NCBI RefSeq assembly: GCF_001194135.2 | Contig: NC_068987.1 | Span: forward strand, 88,805,405-88,846,641 | Length of the DNA: 41,237 nucleotides | Direction: 5' to 3' | DNA from: Octopus bimaculoides | Taxonomy: Eukaryota | Part shown: positions 9,072 to 21,110 of the stretch, piece by piece | How positions within the stretch are numbered: position 1 is the first letter of the stretch | Layout: the number at the start of each line of letters is the position of its first letter | Made by a program: the position numbers and the translations under genes | Notes under the pieces: generated by a model | Databases searched by the model: none | Told to the model about the DNA's origin: nothing | The model's input: the letters and a program-made list of their open reading frames with translations, nothing else

Positions 9072-9079
9072 AAAAGAAG
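9068..9079 (+). CDS. RRAGA: RagA coding exon 1 (MKKK)
   Basis: accatcATGAAAAAGAAG|gtaagt. It supplies the MKKK that precedes VLLMGKSG in Rag A/B proteins, ends in phase 0 matching exon 2, and lies just downstream of promoter motifs. Confidence 0.88.
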
Positions 9080-11869
9080 GTAAGTGGAAATGTATAAATA
9101 TATATAAATACATATATATATATCGTTCATTTGTTCCTTTCAGTTTGTTGTTATTATAACCCTGTCTCTAGCTTTCTATCTCTCTTACCGCTATCAAGTA
9201 CCATCATTATTACTAACTCCTCGTATTAATTTAGGGCCGCTTCATTGCACGAGACTAATGATTATTTGCCCGAGGCCCTCTCGGGTCTACGAACCCAATT
9301 CTGATCTATATATTCTGTGGTTTAAATATTATAAGCCCCCACTACACTGGGGCCTATTATGCCGACTAAGACGGTCCTGGCTATTATACGCCTACTTTAT
9401 TTACACTTTTTAATCATCATATTTCTCCCTATTTTAAATATATTCTTTGAAGGAGTGTCTATATTTGCTCTCGAGTTATATTCTATATTCCCTGTTATCT
9501 ACACAAATGGTAAATTAATTGCCAAAGTTCTCGAAACGTGATGAACCATTTTCTCCATGTGACACATTCTTCATTTGGCAGTTTTCTGTTTACATAGTTA
9601 CAGACTGAAGAATTTTTTTTTTTTATTTGGTAATTTTTTTTTTCTCTATCTATTTCGAGGAAGGGGGTTCTACAAGACTTACCAAGATATGAAAGTGAAA
9701 ACTAACACTTGACAATTAAAAGAAGAAAACATGTGATTCCAGTGAGCATGACCAACCCATAGCTATTATTAGGTTCCGTGATAGAAATTGACCCTTATAA
9801 TGAAATTATTTTGTTAACACCAAGATAAATATAATCTCCAGTTGTTGACCTATTACATAACCTTATCAACTTCATAGTTTATAAGGCAAACGAAGAATGT
9901 GTCTGTCTCATCTACGTCTCTCTAATGCCTTGGCCATACATATGCTTATATATATATGAAATAAAATTGTATCAACATTCAACGCAGAGTTCGATCTCGA
10001 CTCCTAAAGAGCTTAATATATCTGTAATTGTCATAAATTAAGACAAAGTAAAGATCTTTTTGTTGCATTTTTTTAAATTAAAAGTCAGCAGTTAATTAGT
10101 AATTATTAACTCGATTCTGTCGGGTGAAAGTCTAAAGTCGATTGCAAGTGGGTTGGAACTAAGATACTTGTGCTAGTGAGACATTATTTAAAATGAAAAT
10201 ATTCGTCCCGACCTAAACCTGTTAATAATGAGCGATTTAATTAAATTCTTTAAAGTTTTTTTTCTTCTTGTAATTAACTTAATAATAGATTTGGCCATGT
10301 TTGTGTTTCGTATTTATCTACTTATATAATTATGAATGATTACACGAGGAAGCGTTTATGTGAGTCTCGACTTCCTAAAAATAGCAGTCAAATCTTCCCC
10401 AACTCATAACCTACCGTCATAAAAAAAGGAACGGCATATTACATAATATACTCTTTGACAACGAGATGAAATGGTCGTGGCTGGAAAGCTTCTGATGTTA
10501 GATATACTGCAAATTAAAACGGCCAGGAGTTAAACACATCATCAACTTGGAGTGGGAAGAGATCGACTTTGTGTGTAGATAAAATTAATTGCAAACATTT
10601 ATTTATGTATAATCTTTCTCGGTGTGTGTGTGTATGTGTGTGTGTTGCGCACCATCATCATTTAACGTCCGTCTTCCGGACGTTTTAACAGGATCTAATT
10701 TGTTGGACTGCTTTGAGCTCCAGTGTCTAGTTTGGCATGAGTTCTGCGACTGGAAATCATTCCTAACGCCAACCACTTTACATCGTGTTCCGGGTGTTTA
10801 TTTTTCATGATACCATCTCTCGTGATGATGTCATGTAATTCTCACGACTAAAAACCCCTCTTGACTGAGTAGGGGTCTAGCAGAGAGAGGGAAGTGACTT
10901 TATGCTGGGTGATGAGAGGTTAAATTATAAGATTGTCAGGAATAGGTTTGTTACTGTAGAGGAGATATTCCCTGCGTTATATAAAAGTGGGAGTAAATTG
11001 GAGTGGACCTAGAAGGGGACACAGATGGCAGTGACTATGTGTCGGAGCATATACTCAAGACACGAGAAAGTGAATGGAAGGGAGAGTGGGGACAGAAGAT
11101 CAGGAAGGCTAAAGAGTGTGGGAGGAGAATGAGAGATGGTGTGCGTGGTGGGGTCAATTGGTAGATATGAGTTGGGAGATAAGGATGAAGGACAGATGTT
11201 AGTAGACGTAGCTCAGCAGAGATGAGGCGATGGGTGGTGGCAGGACAGAAAGAGTGAAGAACAGCAGAATAGGGTAAAGGTTGTAAGAGTGAGAAAAGCA
11301 TTTAGTGGTAGGGGTGAATATTATGTGTGATAAACATAGGCTTTAAGAAGAGGCTAGAGTTGTCAATACATGACATGATTCACCTAAGGCAGCAAGCTGG
11401 CAGAATCATTAGCACACTGGACAAAATGCTTAGCAGCATTTCATCCTTATGTTTTGAGTTCAAATTCTGCTGAGATCAGTAAAATAGGTGCCAGTTGAGT
11501 ACTAGGGTCAGTGTAATTGGCTTACCCACTGCCCTGAAATTGCTGGCCTCATGCCAGAATTTGAAACCAATATGATATGATTCATGGGCAAGGGAGAGAT
11601 AACTGGTTGCATAGAAAGAGTGATCAGTGGAAAATAAGTATGGAGAGGGACTATGTTAAGAATGAGGATGGATGTCAAAAGGAAGTGCTTCCAAGGAGTA
11701 AAAGAAAGAGAGAGGGGGAGTGACTGGTTGCACAGAAAGGGGATGAAATATGTAGTGCTGCTCTCATTTATCTACATCAACAGAATAGTTAGAAGAATAA
11801 TGGAAAGGTAAATGATAGGGAGCTGAGAGGTTCAACAGGGACAAACTGCCCAGTTGTGCATATACACTT

Positions 11870-12710
11870 GCTTTTAAAACCTGTTTTGCCATGATAGGTG
11901 GAGTTTTTCAAGCATGGTGTATTGCTATTCATCTCAATCCTTTGTCAGGATTGTCTCCTTAGGCTTAACATCTTGAGCTTAACGTTCTCTACTTTGTCAC
12001 ATGTCTTTCTGGATTTCCCTCTACCACATGTTCCATACACATGTATTGCCTGGTAATCCTGAACACCTCGTACCCATGATCCATCCTCATGTTGTAGAAC
12101 ATTAGGAAACCTTTTACTGCTTCTCCCCTGGCTAAATTAACTTATCCTAGCTTACCTGGTATAATTATCTGCTGCTCCTATTTTTCCAGTCTTTCCAATC
12201 CTGTCTCCTTCCTTTTATAACTCTGGCTATTTTGCTCTTCTACAATCACATTGCTCTCAATCTGACTGGAACTGTACCCTGCCATAGATTTAAGGCACTT
12301 GTTCTCTTTTCTTTATGTCTATATCACCTCCAACTTTTCTCTCAGGGCACTTACACTCTGTCATGTGTGCACACTAACATTACACATCCAGTGGAGCACA
12401 CTAGCTTCATTCTTTGCAAGCTTATGCATATCCTCAGCAGTCATGCCCCATGTTTCACTACCATGTAGCATGGCTGTTCGTGCACATGTATCATACAGTC
12501 TACCTTTTACTCTGAGCAAGAGGCCCTTTGTCACCAGCAGAAGTAGGAGGTTTCTGAACTTTGCCCAGGCTATTCTTATTCTAGCAGCTACACTCTCAGA
12601 GCATCCACCCCCGCTACTGACTTGGTCACCTAGGTAACGGAAGCAATCAACTACTTCTAGTTTTTCCCCCTGGCATGTGACGGAAGCTGTTTTCTGCACA
12701 TTTTCAGTGT
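11870..12710 (-). mobile_element. RTE-clade LINE, 3' fragment
   Basis: ORF 12361..12699 (LEVVDCFRYLG, ARIRIAWAKFR, KGRLYDTCARTAMLHGSETW) is the post-RT region of RTE elements. A decayed GRGKxRKTW-like terminus lies near 11990-12030. Confidence 0.85.
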
Positions 12711-13634
12711 TTATTTCTCTGACAGTGTGAAATACCTGTACAATGTAAATAGATGCTTTAATACAGTAAATTCAACATTTTAAATTTAAAACCAGACTTA
12801 CCATGGATAGTGAAGAAGTGTTGTTGTTATGCCGTGATTTTGTCTGCCGCTTCTGAAATCTGTTAAAAGGAAGTCCATAGTACTGGGGTATGAGTGTATA
12901 TGGTTTGGACAGAATTTATTGAGCAGATTTTTTATGGACAGATGCCCTTCCTGACACCACCACTCATCTGTTTCCAAGTAAGGTTATTTTTCCCCACATC
13001 TAGATATGTTTTCACAAAAGCCTGGAAATAAATGACACTGCTTGTTTAACAGTGGTGCTCATTTACAACTATCACACAATGTCAAGACAAGAAGACACAA
13101 ACACACACAAACATACATACAATGGACTTTTTTCAGTTTATATCTAGCAAATCCATTCACAAGGCTTTGGTTAGCCTTGGGGTATAGTAGAAGACACTTG
13201 CTCGAGGTGCTGTGCAAGGGACTGAACCCAAAACTACATAGTTGGAAAGCAAACTTCTTAACCACACAGCCACACCTGCACCTATTACATATATACAGGG
13301 TTATCAGGTTTGCATAAATGAAAAGAAATCGCAATATCCCAATTGTGTGTTTGAGAGAGAGAGATGTAAATGAACATCATAAGCCGTCAGCTCCACTAAA
13401 TTAAATATTGTGTCGTATTTGTTTTAGATTTTGGGGATGAAAGTAAAGAAATATTTATTTGTGATAGATAAGATGATAGCATCTGAACTGAAGATGGGAT
13501 GATGGTAGGTGGTGTACAGCAGTGTCATTTAAATGGCAGTAGACTCACCAGAAACAAACGGTAGGTCAACAAACAATAAATAATAAGAGACATTTATCGA
13601 AACTGTTGGGTTGTGTTACTCTTTCTCTTTTTTG

Positions 13635-14022
13635 CTTGTTTCAGTCATTTGACTGCAGTCCTGCTGGAGCACCACCCTCAGTTGAGCAAATCGACCCCAG
13701 GACTTATTCTTTGTAAGCCTAGTACATATTCTATCGGCCTCTTTTGCCGAACTGCTAAGTTATAGGGATGTAAACACACCAGCATCGGTTCTCAAGCGAT
13801 GTTGGGAAGACAAACACAGACATACAAACATACACACACATACATATACATATATACGACAGGCTTCTTTCAGTTTCCGTCTACCAAATCCACTCACAAA
13901 GCTTTGGTCAGCCCAAGGCTATAGTAGACAGAAGACACTTGCCCAAGGTGCCACGCAGTGGGACTGAACCCGGAACCATGTGGTTGGTAAGCAAGCTACT
14001 TACCACACAGCCACTCCTACAC
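13635..14022 (-). mobile_element. CORE-type tRNA-SINE family A, full length with internal (CA/TA) microsatellite
   Basis: On the minus strand: tRNA-like head, gttcagtcccactgcgtggcaccttgggcaagtgtctt (the accttgggcaagt CORE-like motif), a microsatellite, then a 3' module ending ctccagcaggactgcagtcaaatgactgaaacaag. Confidence 0.85.
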
Positions 14023-16036
14023 CTGTTACATCTAACTTTCAATGTGTTCTACAACCAACTATTATCATTTTAGGTTCATATCTTCTCCGTTTACTTTAAT
14101 GATTTTGCCATCACCTCCATCAGCAAATAATATTGCTCTTCACTCTTCTTTTAACTTTCCACAAACAGACATTATTCACCTGCAACCCAAGACACCTTAT
14201 GCCAAACTTGCTCTGCTTCCATCAAATGAAAACTCAAATGCACCATTTACACATGTTCTTATCCCTCTACCGTACTTTAACCTCTCATCACCTGGCACAA
14301 AGCCACCTCCCTCAATACTCCCACTGCCTCAGTTAAGGGGTCTTGTCTTCTGGGTTACTTGGTGGCCTCACTAGTGACAGTGCCATATAAAAAGCAACCA
14401 GGACACTCTGTAAAGTGGCTGGCATTAGGAAGGGCGTCCAACTGTGAAAGTTATGCCAAAGCAAATATTGTAAACTGGTGCAATCCTCTAGCTTGCCAGC
14501 TCCTGTCAAACCATATGGAATACAGGCATCAAATGACAACGATGATGATGATGACTATAACACCAAAATACAGTCTATATATACATATGGCATAAACAAT
14601 CTTCTGATGGATAAGAATTAGCCTTGAACAACATGGAGTCAAAACCTTGACATTGCCAAACCTGTCTCCTGAAGTGTAAGTTCATTGCCAGGGCCAGAAA
14701 ATAGTTCAGCTCTGATCAGCTGCTGAACCTCAACAAAACACAAATGTTAATCACATGAGCACTGTTCACATATCTCAAGTGCTACTACTGTTGTTACACA
14801 CGCACACACACACGCACACGCACACTCACACTGTCAAATATCATAGACCACCTCCACATCAAAGATAGCTGGATGGTTTCAAGACATTCATTCACCAGCT
14901 TGCTATGGTTATTATCCACTGATAATAAGGTGGTGGGTGTGGCTGTGTGGTTAAGAAGCTTGCTTCCAAACCATGTGGTCTTGGTTTCAGTCCCACTGTG
15001 TGGTACCTTAGGCAAGTGTCTTCTACTATAGCCTCAGGCCGACCAAGACCTTGTGAGTGGATTTGAAAGACAACNNNNNNNNNNNNNNNNNNNNNNNNNN
15101 NNNNNNNNNNNNNNNNNNNNNNNNNNNNNNNNNNNNNNNNNNNNNNNNNNNNNNNNNNNNNNNNNNNNNNNNNNNNNNNNNNNNNNNNNNNNNNNNNNNN
15201 NNNNNNNNNNNNNNNNNNNNNNNNNNNNNNNNNNNNNNNNNNNNNNNNNNNNNNNNNNNNNNNNNNNNNNNNNNNNNNNNNNNNNNNNNNNNNNNNNNNN
15301 NNNNNNNNNNNNNNNNNNNNNNNNNNNNNNNNNNNNNNNNNNNNNNNNNNNNNNNNNNNNNNNNNNNNNNNNNNNNNNNNNNNNNNNNNNNNNNNNNNNN
15401 NNNNNNNNNNNNNNNNNNNNNNNNNNNNNNNNNNNNCTGTTATGATTGTAAATGAAGGCATCCCTGTCATACACGTGGGGCTGTTCATTTGCAGTCTTCT
15501 GTGAAAAACATGTCAAACATGGGGAAAATATTACCTTGCCTGGAAATATTTAGGTGTCCTATCAAATTTCCATCTGACCTATGAGTTAATTTCAGTGGCA
15601 AACAGATTGCCCCGTTTTATCACAATAGTGTTGCTCATCCAGCCACTGGTATTAATTAGTTCAATTAGATAATATAACATACTAATTATTTTTAAAATAC
15701 TTATCATGTGATTACATGGTCTTCAGAACAAGGGGGGTTTTTTTTCCTTTTCTTTTTAGCACAGTTTTAACGTTGACTCAATTTGTTGGCTGGGATTGGT
15801 GTTGCTTCAATGAAGGAAGGCCATCATTACATATGGTGGTGGTGGTGGTGGTGGTGATGACGATTATCATTCCTATTTCAAACTTGGGATATTGACAAGG
15901 CGTGGAAATTCTAAACTAATGAATGTGGTTGGGTAGTTAAGCAGCTCGTCGACAACCATTTGGTTTAGTCCCACAGCATGGCACCTTCAGCAAGTGTCTT
16001 CTATAGCCCTGTGCCCACAGGGCATCTTTTAAGTTA

Positions 16037-16075
<39 letters not shown>

Positions 16076-17569
16076 ATTAGTTAATAATTAACTCCAACAA
16101 AATAAATTGGTTAATAGATACCAGGGTAGCAAAGATCACAAAATGACTGTGGTGTAACTCTTGTTTATGAGGTAGAAACTCCCTGTTATTTTGGGTAATT
16201 GAGTAAATATAAAAGTTTAGTAAATGGAGTAATANNNNNNNNNNNNNNNNNNNNNNNNNNNNNNNNNNNNNNNNNNNNNNNNNNNNNNNNNNNNNNNNNN
16301 NNNNNNNNNNNNNNNNNNNNNNNNNNNNNNNNNNNNNNNNNNNNNNNNNNNNNNNNNNNNNNNNNNNNNNNNNNNNNNNNNNNNNNNNNNNNNNNNNNNN
16401 NNNNNNNNNNNNNNNNNNNNNNNNNNNNNNNNNNNNNNNNNNNNNNNNNNNNNNNNNNNNNNNNNNNNNNACAATGACAATTTATGCATTGAGTACATAT
16501 TAAATTTTATTCAACTTGACCAATATTTTTCAAGCAATGAACAATTTTCATCAAAGTAATGATATAATTTGTCGACTTGGAACTTGTTGCAAAAGCTGCA
16601 TGATAAACAACGGTACCACCACCATCGCTACCACATCTGCCATACACACCATTCAGGCTTCTGATGCCACCACCATCAATACCTTTGATTTTGCCATCTT
16701 CTCCTCCACCACCATCACATCTGTCTTTCACATCGCTTACTCTCACCATCCCTGACTGCCTCGGCCACCACCACCACGACCATCATCACTGCCGCCTCTG
16801 CCTCTCTCACAACTACAGCTCATACTATTACTATCACCCCATTACTATCAGTGTTCAGTATGTTAGTTCAGCACGCTGGTTCAGTGTTCAGTCCCTCTTT
16901 CTCTCTCTCTCTCTTATTATTACTCTCACCATCAACACTACTACTTTTAATAAAACATCATCAACTCTCCCTAAATTTCTTTGTCTATCTGTCTCTGCCA
17001 CCACCCTCACTGTCTCTATGCCTGCTATTATTCTCACCCCAGCACGAGGAATAGTAGAAATGTCATTGACTAGTGAGAGAGGGGGTCAAAGTGTGACACA
17101 CTGACACACGGAAATTAGTTTTTGCATTTATTATATTAGATATATATATATACACAAAATTATATATATAGGTGGGGTTGGTTTGGTCCTCATTACTTTG
17201 TAAGGAGCATAGGGCCAATTTCCTGATTTTTCTGGCATATATATTCTTCCCTCTGTGTGTGTGTTCTTGTACCCACCACCGCTTAGCAACTGGTGTTGAC
17301 TTCTTTTATGTCCCCATAACTTAGTGGTTTGGCAAAAGAGATTGATACAGTAAGTACCAGACTTCAAAAAAAAAATTAGCACTGGGGTTGATTTGTTCAA
17401 GTAATCCCTTCAGGGCAAAGTATAAAAGATTCAAAACAATTTCTGAAAAACATAAGCATAATAATACAGCTTTTTTTTTTTTTATTTTTTTTTTTTTTTA
17501 TAGTTTCAGCTTTGAGCTGCGGCCATGCTGGTGCACCGCTGTGTACAAATATTTTTCAAAAGTGTTGTT

Positions 17570-18470
17570 TTCTCTGCTCTGTCACCATTAGGGTTAATTC
17601 TTCTCTGCTCTTTCACCTTTCACTCTTAGGGTTAACATTAGGGTTAATTCTCCTCTGCTTCGTCACCATTAGGGTTCTTCTCTTCTCTTTCACTGTTAGG
17701 ATTAACATTAGAGAACTATTCTCCTTTGCTCTGTCACCATTTGGGTTAATTCTTCTCTATTCCGTCACCATTAGAGTTTACATTAAGGTTAATTCTTCTG
17801 TTCTTTCACTATTAGGGTTAACATTTCTTTGCTCTTTCACTCTTAGGGTTAACATTAAGGTTAATTCTTCCCTGCTTTTTCATTGTTAGAGTTAACATTA
17901 GGGTGTTAATTTTTCTCTGTTCTTTTCCTATTGGGGTTAACATTAGGGTGTTAATTTTTCTCTGTTCTTTTCCTATTGGGGTTAACATTAGGGTGTTAAT
18001 TTTTCTCTGTTCTTTTCCTATTGGGGTTAACATTAGGGTGTTAATTTTNNNNNNNNNNNNNNNNNNNNNNNNNNNNNNNNNNNNNNNNNNNNNNNNNNNN
18101 NNNNNNNNNNNNNNNNNNNNNNNNNNNNNNNNNNNNNNNNNNNNNNNNNNNNNNNNNNNNNNNNNNNNNNNNNNNNNNNNNNNNNNNNNNNNNNNNNNNN
18201 NNNNNNNNNNNNNNNNNNNNNNNNNNNNNNNNNNNNNNNNNNNNNNNNNNNNNNNNNNNNNNNNNNNNNNNNNNNNNNNNNCTTTCCCTATTGGGGTTAA
18301 CATTAGGGTGTTAATTTTTCTCTGTTCTTTCCCTATTGGGGTTAACATTAGGGTGTTAATTTTTCTCTGTTCTTTCCCTATTGGGGTTAACATTAGGGTG
18401 TTAATTTTTCTCTGTTCTTTCCCTATTGGGGTTAACATTAGTGTTAATTCTTCTCTGCTGTATCACCATT
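17570..18470 (+). repeat. Minisatellite with a 45-bp unit (ggggttaacattagggtgttaatttttctctgttcttttcctatt), preceded by degenerate shorter TTAGGGTTAA-containing units
   Basis: Tandem identical units from about 17890 to 18440, interrupted by a gap. They appear as the 15-aa repeat LIFLCSFPIGVNIRV in the ORF track. Confidence 0.92.
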
Positions 18471-19479
18471 ATCATTCAGTGATATGAACAAATACAATCT
18501 ACAAATAACAGAGGCAGACATATTGATGAATTTGCAGAATTGAAGAGTTACTTTGCAATATTTTATTTCATTTACCTTTTAACTTGTTTCAGTTATTGGA
18601 CTGTGGCCATGCTGGAGCACTGCCTTGAAGAGTTTTAGTCAAACGAATTGATCCCAGTATGAATTTTTAAGTCGAGTACTTGTTCTATCAGCCTCTTTTG
18701 CCAAAGTACTGAGTTACTGGGATGTAAACAAACCAACACCATTTGTCAAGTAGTGTGTAGGGTGGCAAATACGAACATGCATACAAGTACACACACACAC
18801 ACACACACACACATAAGATGTGTTTGTACTAGTTTTTGTTTACCAAATTCACTCACAAGACACTGATCAATCTGGGAGTATAGTTGAAGAGACTTACCCA
18901 AGGTGTTCTGCAGTGGAACTGAACCCAAGACCACATGGTTCGGAAGCAAGCTTTTTAACCACACTGCCATCCCTGCACCTATAGAAAGCATATTAAAAGA
19001 TGTTGACGTCATTATTATTTAACCCTAGGTCTGTTATGGTCCCACAGACCTGTAACCAATGCCATCCTGCCATACCCATTCCATCTGATTTCCTACTTTA
19101 ATATTTCCAGAACTACATTGTTCAATGTATCCTTCCCTTTTCTAAGATGATTGGTTGTGATTTGAAGGAGAATTGATTGCTAATATTTTGCAGCCCTATT
19201 CATGACTTGGCCAGCTCTCATATGCCAGTTGAAGGCTTTCTCCAGGTCTATGAACGCCATGTACAGCAGTTTACTATTGGTTAAATGCTTCTCCTGAAGT
19301 TGCCTTACTCTGAAGAGAGCATCAGTAGTACTTCTTCCTGACATGAAACTAAACGGCATCTTATCTAGGTTAAATCTCTTTCTACTTACCTTGAGCTATA
19401 ACTCTTTTCTGAAACTTTCGTGACCTGCTCCAGTAATTCAATATGTCTGTAATTATTCTTCTCTCTCTTTTACGTTTTC

Positions 19480-19664
19480 ATTCATTTGACTGTGGCCATG
19501 CTGGAGCACCACCTTTATAGTCAAGCAAATCGACCCCAGAGCTTATTCTTTGTAAGCCTAGTACTTATTCTATCGGTCTCTTTTGCCGAACTGCTAGGTT
19601 ACGGGGACGTAAACACACCAGCATCGGTTGTCAAGCGATGCTGGGGGGACAAACAGACACACAA

Positions 19665-19711
<47 letters not shown>

Positions 19712-19952
19712 CATANNNNNNNNNNNNNNNNNNNNNNNNNNNNNNNNNNNNNNNNNNNNNNNNNNNNNNNNNNNNNNNNNNNNNNCATATACAACGGGCT
19801 TCTTTCAGTTTCCGTCTACCAAATCCACTCACAAGGCTTTGGTTGGCCCGAGGCTATAGTAGAAGACACTTGCCCAAGGTGCCACTCTGTGGGACTGAAC
19901 TCGGGACCATGTGGTTGGTAAGCAAGCTACTTACCACACAGCCACTCCTGCA
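19480..19952 (-). mobile_element. SINE family A, full length. Other copies or fragments at about 2790-3120 (-), 4569-4720 (-), 13090-13285 (-), 14930-15073 (+), 18575-18980 (-), 24420-24720 (+), 25230-25390 (+) and 32555-32920 (-)
   Basis: Same modular sequence as 13635-14022, visible by direct comparison. Confidence 0.85.
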
Positions 19953-19989
19953 CCTCTCTAATGTTTTTCTTTTTTTTTACCCTTGTCAC

Positions 19990-21110
19990 AGTTGACTACA
20001 ATACTGCTCCACACCGTCCTGTACAACCTGATTAATTATAAGACTGACTAGGTCTGACATTTTAGGCATTCCAGCTGTAATTCTCGAAGGGCCAGGGACT
20101 TTTCCTGTCTTCATATCTTTAATTGCTTTGTTTGTCATACTGCTGTCACCTAGAATGCCTGGTTCCTCTGTTGGGTCAATATTAGGAAGATTCTCTTTCT
20201 CCCGTGCATTTTCTGCATTCAATGGGCTTTCATTGTAGCACTTCCACACCTGGTTCTTTTCAGAATCAATACGTACAAGAATACCTTTAGCCATCCATAC
20301 ACACACGCTCTCTTGCGGTGTCTTGATTTTCTTTGATATTCTTGCAATCTGGAACACCACATCACTCTGTTCCTCACACAGAACATTTGCAAACCTCTTT
20401 CTTTCAGTTTCTCTTCTTGCTAAATATACCTGTCACCTAGCTTCTTTACTAGCTACCTGCTATAATACTCTGCTACTCCATTCTTCCGATCCTTCCTAAC
20501 CTGTCTCTGCTTTTATGGTTGCATCTACTTCACTGCTCCATCACTACGTCACACCTGATCTGGCTGGAACCTGACACCAGCCCACAGATTTAGTCTGTAG
20601 CCCTCAGTAAGTTGGCCCATAACAACTCCCAGTTGTCCTCTGTTATATGTCTCCTTCTCTTTAAATACCTCACATAGAATATCTCTAAATCTCTAACTGT
20701 TCAACGGAAATTTAAACTTCCATATCTTTTTTTCCAGATTGGTTTGCACCTCCGAGTTCTTTTGACTCTAAGCATGAAGGCACTAACCACTAACCTCTGC
20801 TGGGTTGTACATTCTTCACCATGGAAGGACTTTGTACTTACTACCATCAGTCCCACTTTCTGGTGAAAAGGTAGTCGATCTGGCATGTGCTCTCCAGGTT
20901 GATAGGGCATCAGGTGACTCTAGTTCCTGAAGTTTGTGTTGCAGATGATTTTGCATCACAGAAATCCAAGCCCCTCGTTCCTTCCTCATTTTGGAAACCA
21001 AATCTATAACCTCCATGCACAACATGGAATCCACCAGAATACTGTTCAACTTGTGTATTAAAGTCACCATCCATGAAAATAAGGTCACTGTCATTAGTCA
21101 TTGAGGTAGT
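19990..21110 (-). mobile_element. Decayed RTE-like LINE internal fragment (AP endonuclease end to pre-RT region)
   Basis: Frameshifted pieces FMDGDFNTQV...GYRFGFQNEEGTRGLDFC, GEECTTQQRLVV and KAIKDMKTGKVPGPSRITA match the APE-end and KAPGP motifs of APE-type LINEs. Confidence 0.8.

Noticed and set aside
17570-18470. Regular repeat array considered as CRISPR-like or as a true interstitial telomere
   Set aside because: There are no unique spacers and the context is eukaryotic. TTAGGG occurs singly per unit, not as tandem hexamers.
17818-18487. Repetitive 194-aa and 206-aa ORFs on both strands
   Set aside because: A 45-bp unit is a multiple of 3 and happens to be stop-free. It is an intronic minisatellite with no coding evidence.
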